Source: Trueperaceae bacterium
Lineage (GTDB): Bacteria; Deinococcota; Deinococci; Deinococcales; Trueperaceae
Reading direction: 5' to 3'
DNA length: 24,471 bases
NCBI GenBank assembly: GCA_040905465.1
Contig: JBBDRK010000036.1
Location: 1 to 24,471, forward strand
Position numbers and translations under genes: made by a program. Under the pieces are notes generated by a model, which saw only the letters and a program-made list of their open reading frames with translations, did not search any database and was not told where the DNA came from. Of the stretch, positions 1-7,065 are shown piece after piece (positions within the stretch are counted from its first letter, which is position 1; every line of letters starts with the position of its first letter).

Positions 1-56
1 GCGCACCAGCCCGTAGCTACCGAGCTTCAGGAGCACCCCCGCCAGCACCACGCTGA

Positions 57-401
57 AAAGGCACTCCGCTCGTAGTCAACTTCTGGGCCTCCTGGTGCAT
101 ACCCGCCTGCTGGAACGAGGCGCCGCGGCTGGAGGCGGCCTGGCAGAAGTACCAGGGGCAGGTACTGATGATAGGCGTGAACTTCCAGGACGAACTCGAA
201 GACGCCGAGGAGTTCCTGGATCGCTTCGGCAAGAGCTACCCGAGCGTCAGGGACAATCGTGGATCAGTCGGAATCGAGTGGGGGGTGTTCGGCGTACCCG
301 AGACCTACTTCATTCGGGCAGACGGAACCCTGAGCTACAGGCACAACGGCGAGATCAGCGCCGAATCTCTGGAAACGCAGATAAGGGCCATCCTCGAATA
401 A
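57..401 (+). CDS. TlpA/DsbE(CcmG)-family thiol-disulfide oxidoreductase, 5' end missing or frameshifted
   Basis: Extending ORF 168..401 upstream in frame gives KGTPLVVNFWASWCIPACWNEAPRLEAAWQKY...GVFGVPETYFI, a TlpA signature with the cis-Pro loop. An in-frame TGA lies at 54-56 and there is no start codon before the active site, so the 5' part is disrupted or mis-sequenced. Confidence 0.8.
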   Translation, partial: KGTPLVVNFWASWCIPACWNEAPRLEAAWQKYQGQVLMIGVNFQDELEDAEEFLDRFGKSYPSVRDNRGSVGIEWGVFGVPETYFIRADGTLSYRHNGEISAESLETQIRAILE

Positions 402-583
402 AGGTGCCTCATAGTATTGGCCGACACTCTATCCTCGTCATTGCCCTCATGATGCTCCTTGCCGCCTCATAACTATTCCTCTCCAGTGTTCAATTTCGCG
501 TCGACCGGTTGGGTTGTCGACAGACCTGCGGCGGCACCGTTACCTCTACCAGCCAGCCGCTCCCAGAGCTTCATGACCCGTCG

Positions 584-1102
584 TCAACTGTCGTCTGCCT
601 CCGTCACTTCACCCGTCACGCCGTCCACCAGAACTGTTCCCTGGGCATTACCTTGCCGATATTCGACTTTGACATTGCCGTCGTCAACCGTTACTCCGAC
701 GATCTCGACCGGCGTGACCTCGTCTCCCGACCGGCCGACGACGAAGGCTCTGGCGAGGGCTTCTATCGTCCGCGCGTCAAAAGCGCCGGGAGGCCGATCG
801 CCAACCATCATTCCGGGCGTCCCCATGCCGCCCATGCCATTCATTCCCATGCCCTCATGATCATGAGGGCCTTCCTCTGCGTGCATCCGCTCCATCAGGC
901 TCATGCAGTGCATCATCATCTGCATCATGCCTTGGTGCCCGCCCATTGCGCCCTGCATCGAACCCTGCCCCATCGGCATCCCATTCATGCCGGCCGGGGC
1001 TTCCGGCTCCGGATCGTCCATCGGGCCATCCTGAGCCAAGGCAGAACTAACTGCCAAGACGGTAAGCGCGATAGTCAGTGCTTTTCCGACTCCAAGATTC
1101 AT
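584..1102 (-). CDS. Secreted Met/His/Gly-rich protein with a C-terminal PepSY-like domain (putative metal-binding protein)
   Basis: It has a signal peptide ending SSALA-Q, a central MNGMPMGQGSMQGAMGGHQGMMQMMMHCMSLMERMH...HDHEGMGMNGMGGMG tract, and a C-terminal VKVEY...VLVDGVTGEV PepSY-like end. A GAAGGG SD-like sequence lies upstream. Confidence 0.7.
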   Translation of the reverse strand: MNLGVGKALTIALTVLAVSSALAQDGPMDDPEPEAPAGMNGMPMGQGSMQGAMGGHQGMMQMMMHCMSLMERMHAEEGPHDHEGMGMNGMGGMGTPGMMVGDRPPGAFDARTIEALARAFVVGRSGDEVTPVEIVGVTVDDGNVKVEYRQGNAQGTVLVDGVTGEVTEADDS

Positions 1103-1161
1103 GGCGATTCCCTTCAGGTACTGTCATGCTCGGAATAGACTCCGGGCGTGCCTATCGAGTG

Positions 1162-1194
1162 AGCTTAGGCAAACAATGTTTAGCCAGGATAAAG
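1162..1194 (-). promoter_or_regulatory. Direct-repeat response-regulator box plus -10 element (site A), upstream of the Met-rich protein
   Basis: The minus strand reads CTTTAT cctgg CTAAAC attgtttgcc TAAGCT, the same geometry as sites B-D. It overlaps the kinase stop codon. Confidence 0.65.
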
Positions 1195-2352
1195 ACGCAC
1201 CGGGTCGTTGACAGGAATTTGCGTGGTACTGCCCGCTACGAGCGGCAGCGTGAACCAGAAGACGCTCCCTACACCTACGTCGCTGGACGCCCCTATCTGG
1301 CCCCCCTGCCGCTCTACGTAATGCTTTGCGATGGTAAGACCGATGCCGCTCCCTTGCTTGGCTACGTGGGTACGAGCCTTATCGGCACGATAGAAGCGAG
1401 TGAACAGATGCGGGAGGTCATGCTCGCGGACTCCCTCTCCAGTGTCCCGAACCTCGAACCTCACGGAGTCGTGCTCTTCCTCGGCCGACACCGTCACTTC
1501 ACCCCCGGACGGGGTGTGCATGAGGGCATTATCCAGCAGGTTCGCAAGCACTTGGGCCGTACGCTGCGGGTCGGCCACAATGACAGACCTCATCTGAGGG
1601 TCCACAACCTTGAGTGCAACCCCGTTCTCTGAGTAAGCCGGTAGAAAGGTTGCATCCGCCTGTTCGAGCAACTCCGAGACGAGCAGCTTGCGAGGCTCGA
1701 GCTCCTCCTGGCCCGTCTCCACTCTCGACAGAAGCGAGAGATCGGCAATCAGCCTCTCGAGCCTGCCGAGTTGCCGTTCGCAAGCCTCGAGGGTGTCTCC
1801 GTTCGCCTCGAACAGGCCGTCCCGCAGGCCAGCAACGTACCCCTTCAGGCTAGTGAGCGGGGTCTTGAGCTCGTGCGCGACGTTGGAGAGGAGTTCGACC
1901 CGCCGCGCCTCGGTCTGCTCCAACGACTCCGCCATCTCGTTGAACGCCGCCGCCAGGTCGCCGATCTCGCCGGGCGCCTGCACATCGAGCCTCTCACGAT
2001 ACTGCCCGGCGGAGATGCGCCGGCTCGCCCGCTGCATCTTCCGCAAGGGAGCGACGATCCGCTGGGTCACAAAGAAACCTACAGAACCCGCCACCAGAGC
2101 AGACACCGCCAGCCCCCATAGCATCGTGCTCTGCGAGGCTTGCCGGTAGGCGGCATCGATGTCCGCCGACATCGCTTCCATCATCGGGCTCATATGGCGC
2201 ATCTGCTGGATCATCCCGCCCAGGTGCCGGTCGAGGAAGAACGTCGCGAAAGCCTCGCCCACCCAGTAGAGGGTGGTGCAGACCACGAGGATCACCAGCA
2301 GGTAGGAGGCCAGCAAGCGCCAATACAAGCCCGGGTTACCGGTAGTCCTCAT
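1180..2352 (-). CDS. Sensor histidine kinase (HAMP-HisKA-HATPase; BaeS/CopS-like) with a Met/His-rich extracytoplasmic loop
   Basis: It has two TM helices, a HAMP domain (GEIGDLAAAFNEMAE), an H-box (VAHELKTPL), an N-box (NLLDNAL), and G-boxes DTGEG, FTRFYR and GSGIGLTI. Its start overlaps the regulator's stop by 4 nt. Confidence 0.95.
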   Translation of the reverse strand: MRTTGNPGLYWRLLASYLLVILVVCTTLYWVGEAFATFFLDRHLGGMIQQMRHMSPMMEAMSADIDAAYRQASQSTMLWGLAVSALVAGSVGFFVTQRIVAPLRKMQRASRRISAGQYRERLDVQAPGEIGDLAAAFNEMAESLEQTEARRVELLSNVAHELKTPLTSLKGYVAGLRDGLFEANGDTLEACERQLGRLERLIADLSLLSRVETGQEELEPRKLLVSELLEQADATFLPAYSENGVALKVVDPQMRSVIVADPQRTAQVLANLLDNALMHTPSGGEVTVSAEEEHDSVRFEVRDTGEGVREHDLPHLFTRFYRADKARTHVAKQGSGIGLTIAKHYVERQGGQIGASSDVGVGSVFWFTLPLVAGSTTQIPVNDPVRLYPG

Positions 2353-3035
2353 AAGGTCTCCTCACTGAACCTGTACCCGACGCCGCGCACCGTCTCGATC
2401 AGCGACCGCCCGTTGCCGCCTTCCAGCTTTTGCCTCAACTTGAAGATGTGCACGTCCACGACCCTGTCCACTCCCACGAAGTCTCGCCCCCACACGCGGT
2501 CCAGAAGTTCGTTTCGGCGAAACACCCGCCCCGGATGCAAAGCCAGGATTCGCAAAAGCTCGAATTCCAGGGGGGTCAGAGGGATATTCTGGCCTGCCAC
2601 CACTGCCTTCTGTTTCTGCAGGTCGAGGCACAGGTCGCCGGCCTGCACCGTTTCGTCGTCTTGCTCTATGCCGCTGCGGCGTAACACAGCCTGAACCCGA
2701 GCCACCAGTTCCGGCGGATGGAACGGCTTGGGAACGTAGTCGTCGACGCCCGAGCGGAAGCCTTCAATGCGGTCCTCGTGTTCTCCACGAGCGCTCAGCA
2801 TGATCACTGGAGTCGCCAGGGAACCACGTAGCCGGCCCAACAGCTCGATGCCATCCAGGCCGGGCAGCATCCAATCGAGGACGATGAGCCCCGGGGGGTC
2901 GACGAGTGCCTTCTGGAGACCGTCGAGTCCGTCATGCGCAAGATCGACCGAATATCCTTCGTGTTCCAGATAAGCCCTTACCACTCGCGCAATGTCCACG
3001 TCATCCTCGATGACCAAGATGCGTTGCCTCGTCAC
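2349..3035 (-). CDS. OmpR/PhoB-family DNA-binding response regulator
   Basis: The receiver domain shows ILVIEDD, LDWMLPGLDG and DDYVPKPF. The winged-helix domain shows LTPLEFELL, VDVHIFKLRQKL and ETVRGVGYRF. Confidence 0.96.
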   Translation of the reverse strand: MTRQRILVIEDDVDIARVVRAYLEHEGYSVDLAHDGLDGLQKALVDPPGLIVLDWMLPGLDGIELLGRLRGSLATPVIMLSARGEHEDRIEGFRSGVDDYVPKPFHPPELVARVQAVLRRSGIEQDDETVQAGDLCLDLQKQKAVVAGQNIPLTPLEFELLRILALHPGRVFRRNELLDRVWGRDFVGVDRVVDVHIFKLRQKLEGGNGRSLIETVRGVGYRFSEETL

Positions 3036-3047
3036 GACCCCATCCTA
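3033..3047 (-). promoter_or_regulatory. Leaderless-type -10 element directly upstream of the response regulator start
   Basis: The minus strand reads TAGGAT ggggtc GTG, a TAnnnT hexamer 6 nt before the start codon with no clear SD. Confidence 0.5.
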
Positions 3048-3096
3048 GGTGAAGACCAGATGACTTGTGCGCCCAAGGCAACACTCACTCCGCCAA

Positions 3097-3129
3097 CTAA
3101 TAGCAGGCTCGTATGAAGCTCCGGTAAAG
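3097..3129 (-). promoter_or_regulatory. Direct-repeat response-regulator box (site B), upstream of the two-component genes (autoregulation)
   Basis: The minus strand reads CTTTAC cggag CTTCAT acgagcctgc TATTAG. The -10 is imperfect (G at position 6). Confidence 0.55.
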
Positions 3130-3220
3130 GTCGTTGCGAGCAGTCGGGGGAGTGATCACCGTAGGCAACGGAAGTTTTCCGAGGTGCCTCAGCTACACGC
3201 TCCGCCTGCTCCGGGCCAGC

Positions 3221-3253
3221 CTTTACGCTCGCTTAACGGAGCGGCTTTACGCT
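3221..3253 (+). promoter_or_regulatory. Direct-repeat response-regulator box plus -10 element (site C), upstream of SCO
   Basis: The plus strand reads CTTTAC gctcg CTTAAC ggagcggctt TACGCT. Confidence 0.7.
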
Positions 3254-3329
3254 GTCGGGCGGCCTGGCCGATTTCTTACGGTCTAATTAGGGGCAACGGG
3301 TCGGACGTCTTTCGAGAGCGGTGGTAGCA

Positions 3330-4001
3330 ATGATCATGAAAACGGGATGGCTTCGGGCGCTCTTGGCGATCGGCGTACTTGCGCTGATCGCGATAGCGGC
3401 GGTGACGGCATATACCGTGGCGGGCCGCGACAGGCTCAAGCTCAACGGCACCGCCATAGATAATCCCCCAGGGGTCCAAGACGTTACGCTTTTGGGCACC
3501 GACGGTGAGACCGTCCAGCTCGGCAGGTGGGAGGGCGATCTCCTCCTGGTCTTCTTCGGATACGCCCACTGTCCCGATGTATGCCCGCTCACCATGGCCC
3601 GCCTGGCCCGCACCTACGAGGAGCTCGGAGAACCCGAGGATCTGCAGGTCCTCATGGTCACAGTCGACCCCGACAGGGACACCCCGGAGCAGCTCGAGAA
3701 GTACGTCCAGCGCTTCCACCCCGACTTCGTCGGGCTCACGGGCACACCCGCGATGATTGCCGACGCATCCGCCCGCTTCTATGTCGCTTCCATAGGGGCG
3801 GACACGAATCCCGGCGGAAGCGTATCCCACTCGAGTCACGTGACGCTCGTAGACCGTGAAGGGCGAATGCGGCTCATCTACAACCAGGACAAGATCGGCG
3901 ACCTGCTCAAAGAAGACCTCGGCACCCTGTTGGCACAGCAGCAAGGCACCCGGCAGCAATATCTTCCCGGTACGCCTTATGCTCGTGTTCACATGCCGTG
4001 A
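3330..4001 (+). CDS. SCO1/SenC/PrrC-family copper chaperone
   Basis: It has an N-terminal TM helix, FFGYAHCPDVCP (CxxxC), VTVDPDRDTPE and VSHSS with the conserved His. The start is uncertain (GTG 3321, ATG 3330 or ATG 3336). Confidence 0.93.
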   Translation: MIMKTGWLRALLAIGVLALIAIAAVTAYTVAGRDRLKLNGTAIDNPPGVQDVTLLGTDGETVQLGRWEGDLLLVFFGYAHCPDVCPLTMARLARTYEELGEPEDLQVLMVTVDPDRDTPEQLEKYVQRFHPDFVGLTGTPAMIADASARFYVASIGADTNPGGSVSHSSHVTLVDREGRMRLIYNQDKIGDLLKEDLGTLLAQQQGTRQQYLPGTPYARVHMP

Positions 4002-4546
4002 CTAAACCTGGTAGGCGCGGCAGCGAGAAAGCCGCGATCGTCTCTCTGCTCTTGGTCTTGCCCTTCCTCCAGTCGGCACTCGCCCACGGACCTCGAATCG
4101 AAGTGTCGAAGTTATGGGTCGTGACGACGGAGGAGGGAAAGTTTCTGGAGATGAGCCTCGATCCACCGGAAGAAGGCGCCGAACAGTTTGCGTTGATCGC
4201 CGTGTCGACCCCCTTTGGGCCTGCCGAGCTGGAGCAAAGGACGGTCGATTCTTATCAGCCGGTAGAGCGTATCCCGGCCGTACATGGGGCAGAACTGAGC
4301 GCCGAAACCCCATTCCGAGTTCGCCTGGCGACACCACTAGCCGTCAACGGATTACTCCCGGTGACCCTCCTGTTCAATGGAGGAGTGCTGCTGAGGGAAG
4401 AGATAATGACCGAGCCGACGACGAGCAGTAGTGTTGGACCGTGGGCGAGGGGAGCGGCCATAGCTGGCCTGCTGGCCATCATGCTTATAGCTGGGGCCTG
4501 GCGAGTACGGCGTGGCAAAGGCCGCCGCTTGAACGTCTTCCACTAA
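3998..4546 (+). CDS. Exported, C-terminally membrane-anchored protein resembling PCuAC but lacking the Cu ligands
   Basis: It has a signal peptide ending SALA-HG and a PCuAC-like strand pattern (IEVSKLWV, LIAVSTP..AEL, PVERIP, PLAVNGLLPVTLLF). A C-terminal TM helix is followed by a basic tail. It overlaps SCO via GTGA. Confidence 0.6.
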   Translation: MTKPGRRGSEKAAIVSLLLVLPFLQSALAHGPRIEVSKLWVVTTEEGKFLEMSLDPPEEGAEQFALIAVSTPFGPAELEQRTVDSYQPVERIPAVHGAELSAETPFRVRLATPLAVNGLLPVTLLFNGGVLLREEIMTEPTTSSSVGPWARGAAIAGLLAIMLIAGAWRVRRGKGRRLNVFH

Positions 4547-4794
4547 AGCAGGTCCCTCTTCAATCGCTCGAACTCCTCCCTGCCTATCTCGCCTCTTGCG
4601 TAGCGTGCCCGAGCAGCCTCGAGCGCCTCGTCGGAGCGGGTCTGGACCGCTCCGCCGGCTCCGCGGGGCCCGGTCGACTGACCGAACCGGTACGCCAGGT
4701 AGCCCACGATCACGAACAGGAGGATGACGAGCAGAAGTCCCAATCCCATCATCCCCAGGCCTCCCGCGCATCCCATCACTCCGTCGCCCATCAC
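4543..4794 (-). CDS. SHOCT-domain small membrane protein
   Basis: It has a Met/Gly-rich N-terminus, one TM helix, and the SHOCT motif ALEAARARYARGEIGREEFERLKRDL. Confidence 0.88.
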   Translation of the reverse strand: MMGDGVMGCAGGLGMMGLGLLLVILLFVIVGYLAYRFGQSTGPRGAGGAVQTRSDEALEAARARYARGEIGREEFERLKRDLL

Positions 4795-4839
4795 TCGATC
4801 ACGACCTTCTTTCCCGGCTGGGCCGACCGGACCAGACCC

Positions 4840-4867
4840 ATGCTAGTGCCGATTTGCCCGGCATCAA
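4840..4867 (-). promoter_or_regulatory. Possible sigma70-type promoter for the SHOCT gene
   Basis: The minus strand reads TTGATG-N16-TAGCAT, about 45 nt upstream of the start. Confidence 0.3.
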
Positions 4868-4973
4868 CAAGTGCCCGCTCACGATGCACCGATGCCCGAC
4901 GCGCCGGACATCCAGTACCGAAACGCCGGCGGCAGAACGGCGCGTTTCCATTGACCGCTCCCGCTCCGGACCG

Positions 4974-5852
4974 TCACTCCTGCCAACTCCCGCCACCGTC
5001 ATCGCTGCGATAGACCTGACCGTTCTGGGCCACAGCTACCAGCGTCCGCTCGTCGTTGGCGGCACTGGCCACCAGTGCCATGGGAGCGTTCGGACCTAGC
5101 GCTTCCCAGCTCGCCCCCCGATCGGCCGAGCGGTACACGCCGCCTACGCCGGTCAGGTAGAGGTTTCCGCTCTCCGGGTGCACGTAGATCCCCGACATGC
5201 TCGGCTCGGCAACTCCACCGATCCTCCGCCAGGTTTCGCCCCCGTCGTCGGAGCGGATCGGCCCCTGGCTCATCGATAGCGCGTAGACGACGGGCGGTTC
5301 GCCCGGGCCGGCGGCCAGCGTCATGGCGTCCGCGGTCGCGGACGTCTTGAACTCCCAAAACTTCCCTTCGTCTCGTGAAAGATGGAGGCCCCGACCGGCG
5401 ACGTTGGCGTAGAGGTCGCCACTGTCCGGCGCGACCGAGAACCCATGGATATCCGTACTCGGAAGGTTGCCGAACCCGGGCTCCTGCCACGTCTTGCCGC
5501 CGTCGGTGCTCTTCAGGAACAGGCCATGCCCGGCCTGATAGATAGTGTCCGGATCCGCAGTACCTGCGGCGATAGCCATCGCGTCACCGGTGCCGCTTGG
5601 TGCTGTCCAGGTCATGCCGCCATCGCTGCTCACCTGGATTCCGCCGTGCTGCCCGTAGATGATCCCGCCGTCGACCGCGATGTGCAGCGAATGGAGGTCG
5701 CCGCCCAGGCGGCCGAGCTCGCCGTCTCCGCGACCGAGCCCCCACCAGGCGGAAAGGCCGGCGACGCTCACGAGGATGAGACCCATGAAAAGGCGCGGCC
5801 CGGTGGGCCGTGAACCGGCGCGCGGCTGGTGGCGTTTCCGGATGGCACTCAT
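4974..5852 (-). CDS. Membrane-anchored BNR/Asp-box beta-propeller protein (F510_1955-like)
   Basis: It has an N-terminal TM helix and six Asp-box repeats (SSDGGMTW, STDGGKTW, SRDEGKFW, SDDGGETW, SADRGASW, SDDGGGSW). His/Met motifs DLHSLH, QHGG, DAM, AGHG, DIHGF and DAM recur. Confidence 0.85.
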   Translation of the reverse strand: MSAIRKRHQPRAGSRPTGPRLFMGLILVSVAGLSAWWGLGRGDGELGRLGGDLHSLHIAVDGGIIYGQHGGIQVSSDGGMTWTAPSGTGDAMAIAAGTADPDTIYQAGHGLFLKSTDGGKTWQEPGFGNLPSTDIHGFSVAPDSGDLYANVAGRGLHLSRDEGKFWEFKTSATADAMTLAAGPGEPPVVYALSMSQGPIRSDDGGETWRRIGGVAEPSMSGIYVHPESGNLYLTGVGGVYRSADRGASWEALGPNAPMALVASAANDERTLVAVAQNGQVYRSDDGGGSWQE

Positions 5853-6063
5853 CCGTGTGTCTCGGTCAGCGGAAAAGGGCCCTGCAACAGCTCTCCATCG
5901 TCGGCATCTTTCATCTGGTCTCCCATGGCCGGTCGTGTTCAGCCGGCGTCGTCGTTTCTTCTAATCGCGTCCTCTTCCGGAGCCGCGGCTGGTGCGGCAC
6001 GCACATTCGGCCTGGTAGCGCTGAGGCGCGCCGGGTCAGCTCGGTGCCGGAGACACGCCGGAC

Positions 6064-6096
6064 ATGCTAGAGCGACCGTGTAAAGCCCATATTAAG
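6064..6096 (-). promoter_or_regulatory. Direct-repeat response-regulator box plus -10 element (site D), upstream of the propeller-SHOCT genes
   Basis: The minus strand reads CTTAAT atggg CTTTAC acggtcgctc TAGCAT. Confidence 0.7.
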
Positions 6097-6120
6097 GGCG
6101 GCCGATCCGCCCTTCGGCGG

Positions 6121-7065
6121 CTACTGCAGCCTGATCCTGGGATTCAGATAGGCGTAGAGCAGGTCGGCCGCCAGGTTGGCCAGTGCGAAGCCGAGCACCG
6201 CCACCAGCGTGATCGCCTGCAGCAGCGGCAGATCGCGCCGGTCGATCGCGAAGGTCAGGAGACTGCCCAGGCCCGGATAGTTGAACACGTTCTCGACCAC
6301 GATCAGGCCGCTGATGAGCCAACCGAAGCTGATGGCAACCACCGTGATCGTGGGCAGCAGGGCATTGCCCAGCACATGCCGGTAGGTCACCTGACGCCGC
6401 GGTATCCCCTTGAGGGCGGCCGTCCTGACGTACGGCTTCTGCAACTCCTCGAGCACGCTGGCGCGAGTTAGCCGGGCGATATAGGCCAGCAGCACCAGGG
6501 TCGCGGTAATGGCGGGCAGCACCAGCATCGGCAGGGCTTCGATGAACCCTGCGTCCGGGCGGATCGAGGAATTGGCCGGCAGGATGTGGAGCTCGAACGC
6601 CAGCAGCTGGATGAGCACCAGCCCGGTGACGAACTCGGGCAACCCGACAACCGACAAGGAGGCGATGCTGATCAGGTTGTCCAGAGGCCGATTCTCGTTG
6701 AGCGCGGCGACGACACCGAGCACCACCGCGCTGGGCACCGCTATCGCCAAGGTGAGGCCCGCCAGCATCAGCGAGTTGCCGAGGCGCTCGAGCACCAGTG
6801 GACGGATTGCCTGCCCGGTGCTGAACGATGTCCCCCACTCCCCCACCAGGAAGTTTCCCAGCCAGCTCAGGTACTGTATCGGCAACGGCCGATCGAGGCC
6901 CAGTTGGCGCCGCAGACCCGCCAGCGCGGCCTCACTCGCCTCCCTGCCGAGGACGATGCGGGCTACGTCTCCAGGCAGCAGTTGAGTGATTACGAATATC
7001 GTGAGCGAGGTCAGCAGCAGGGTGAGGAGCAGGAAGCCGGAGCGCCTGAGGAGATAGCTAGTCAT
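6121..7065 (-). CDS. Peptide/nickel ABC transporter permease (DppB/OppB type)
   Basis: The real start is likely MTSYLLRR at 7065. It shows LGLDRPLPIQY, the EAA-loop YVRTAALKGI...HVLGNAL, VENVFNYPGLG and DLLYAYLNPRIR. Confidence 0.93.
   Translation of the reverse strand: MTSYLLRRSGFLLLTLLLTSLTIFVITQLLPGDVARIVLGREASEAALAGLRRQLGLDRPLPIQYLSWLGNFLVGEWGTSFSTGQAIRPLVLERLGNSLMLAGLTLAIAVPSAVVLGVVAALNENRPLDNLISIASLSVVGLPEFVTGLVLIQLLAFELHILPANSSIRPDAGFIEALPMLVLPAITATLVLLAYIARLTRASVLEELQKPYVRTAALKGIPRRQVTYRHVLGNALLPTITVVAISFGWLISGLIVVENVFNYPGLGSLLTFAIDRRDLPLLQAITLVAVLGFALANLAADLLYAYLNPRIRLQ

Noticed and set aside
54-56. In-frame TGA in the TlpA frame as selenocysteine
   Set aside because: It is not at a Cys-equivalent position (it aligns to the L of L-K-G), and the upstream frame does not resemble TlpA. 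A frameshift or error is more likely.
402-583. Short hydrophobic ORF end (SILVIALMMLLAAS) and a minus-strand SD+ATG with 7 codons between convergent genes
   Set aside because: Both are too short and show no recognisable family such as CcmH, so neither can be supported as a gene.
4799-5002. 67-aa ORF between the propeller and SHOCT genes
   Set aside because: It has no motif or typical composition, and the region instead contains a plausible promoter.
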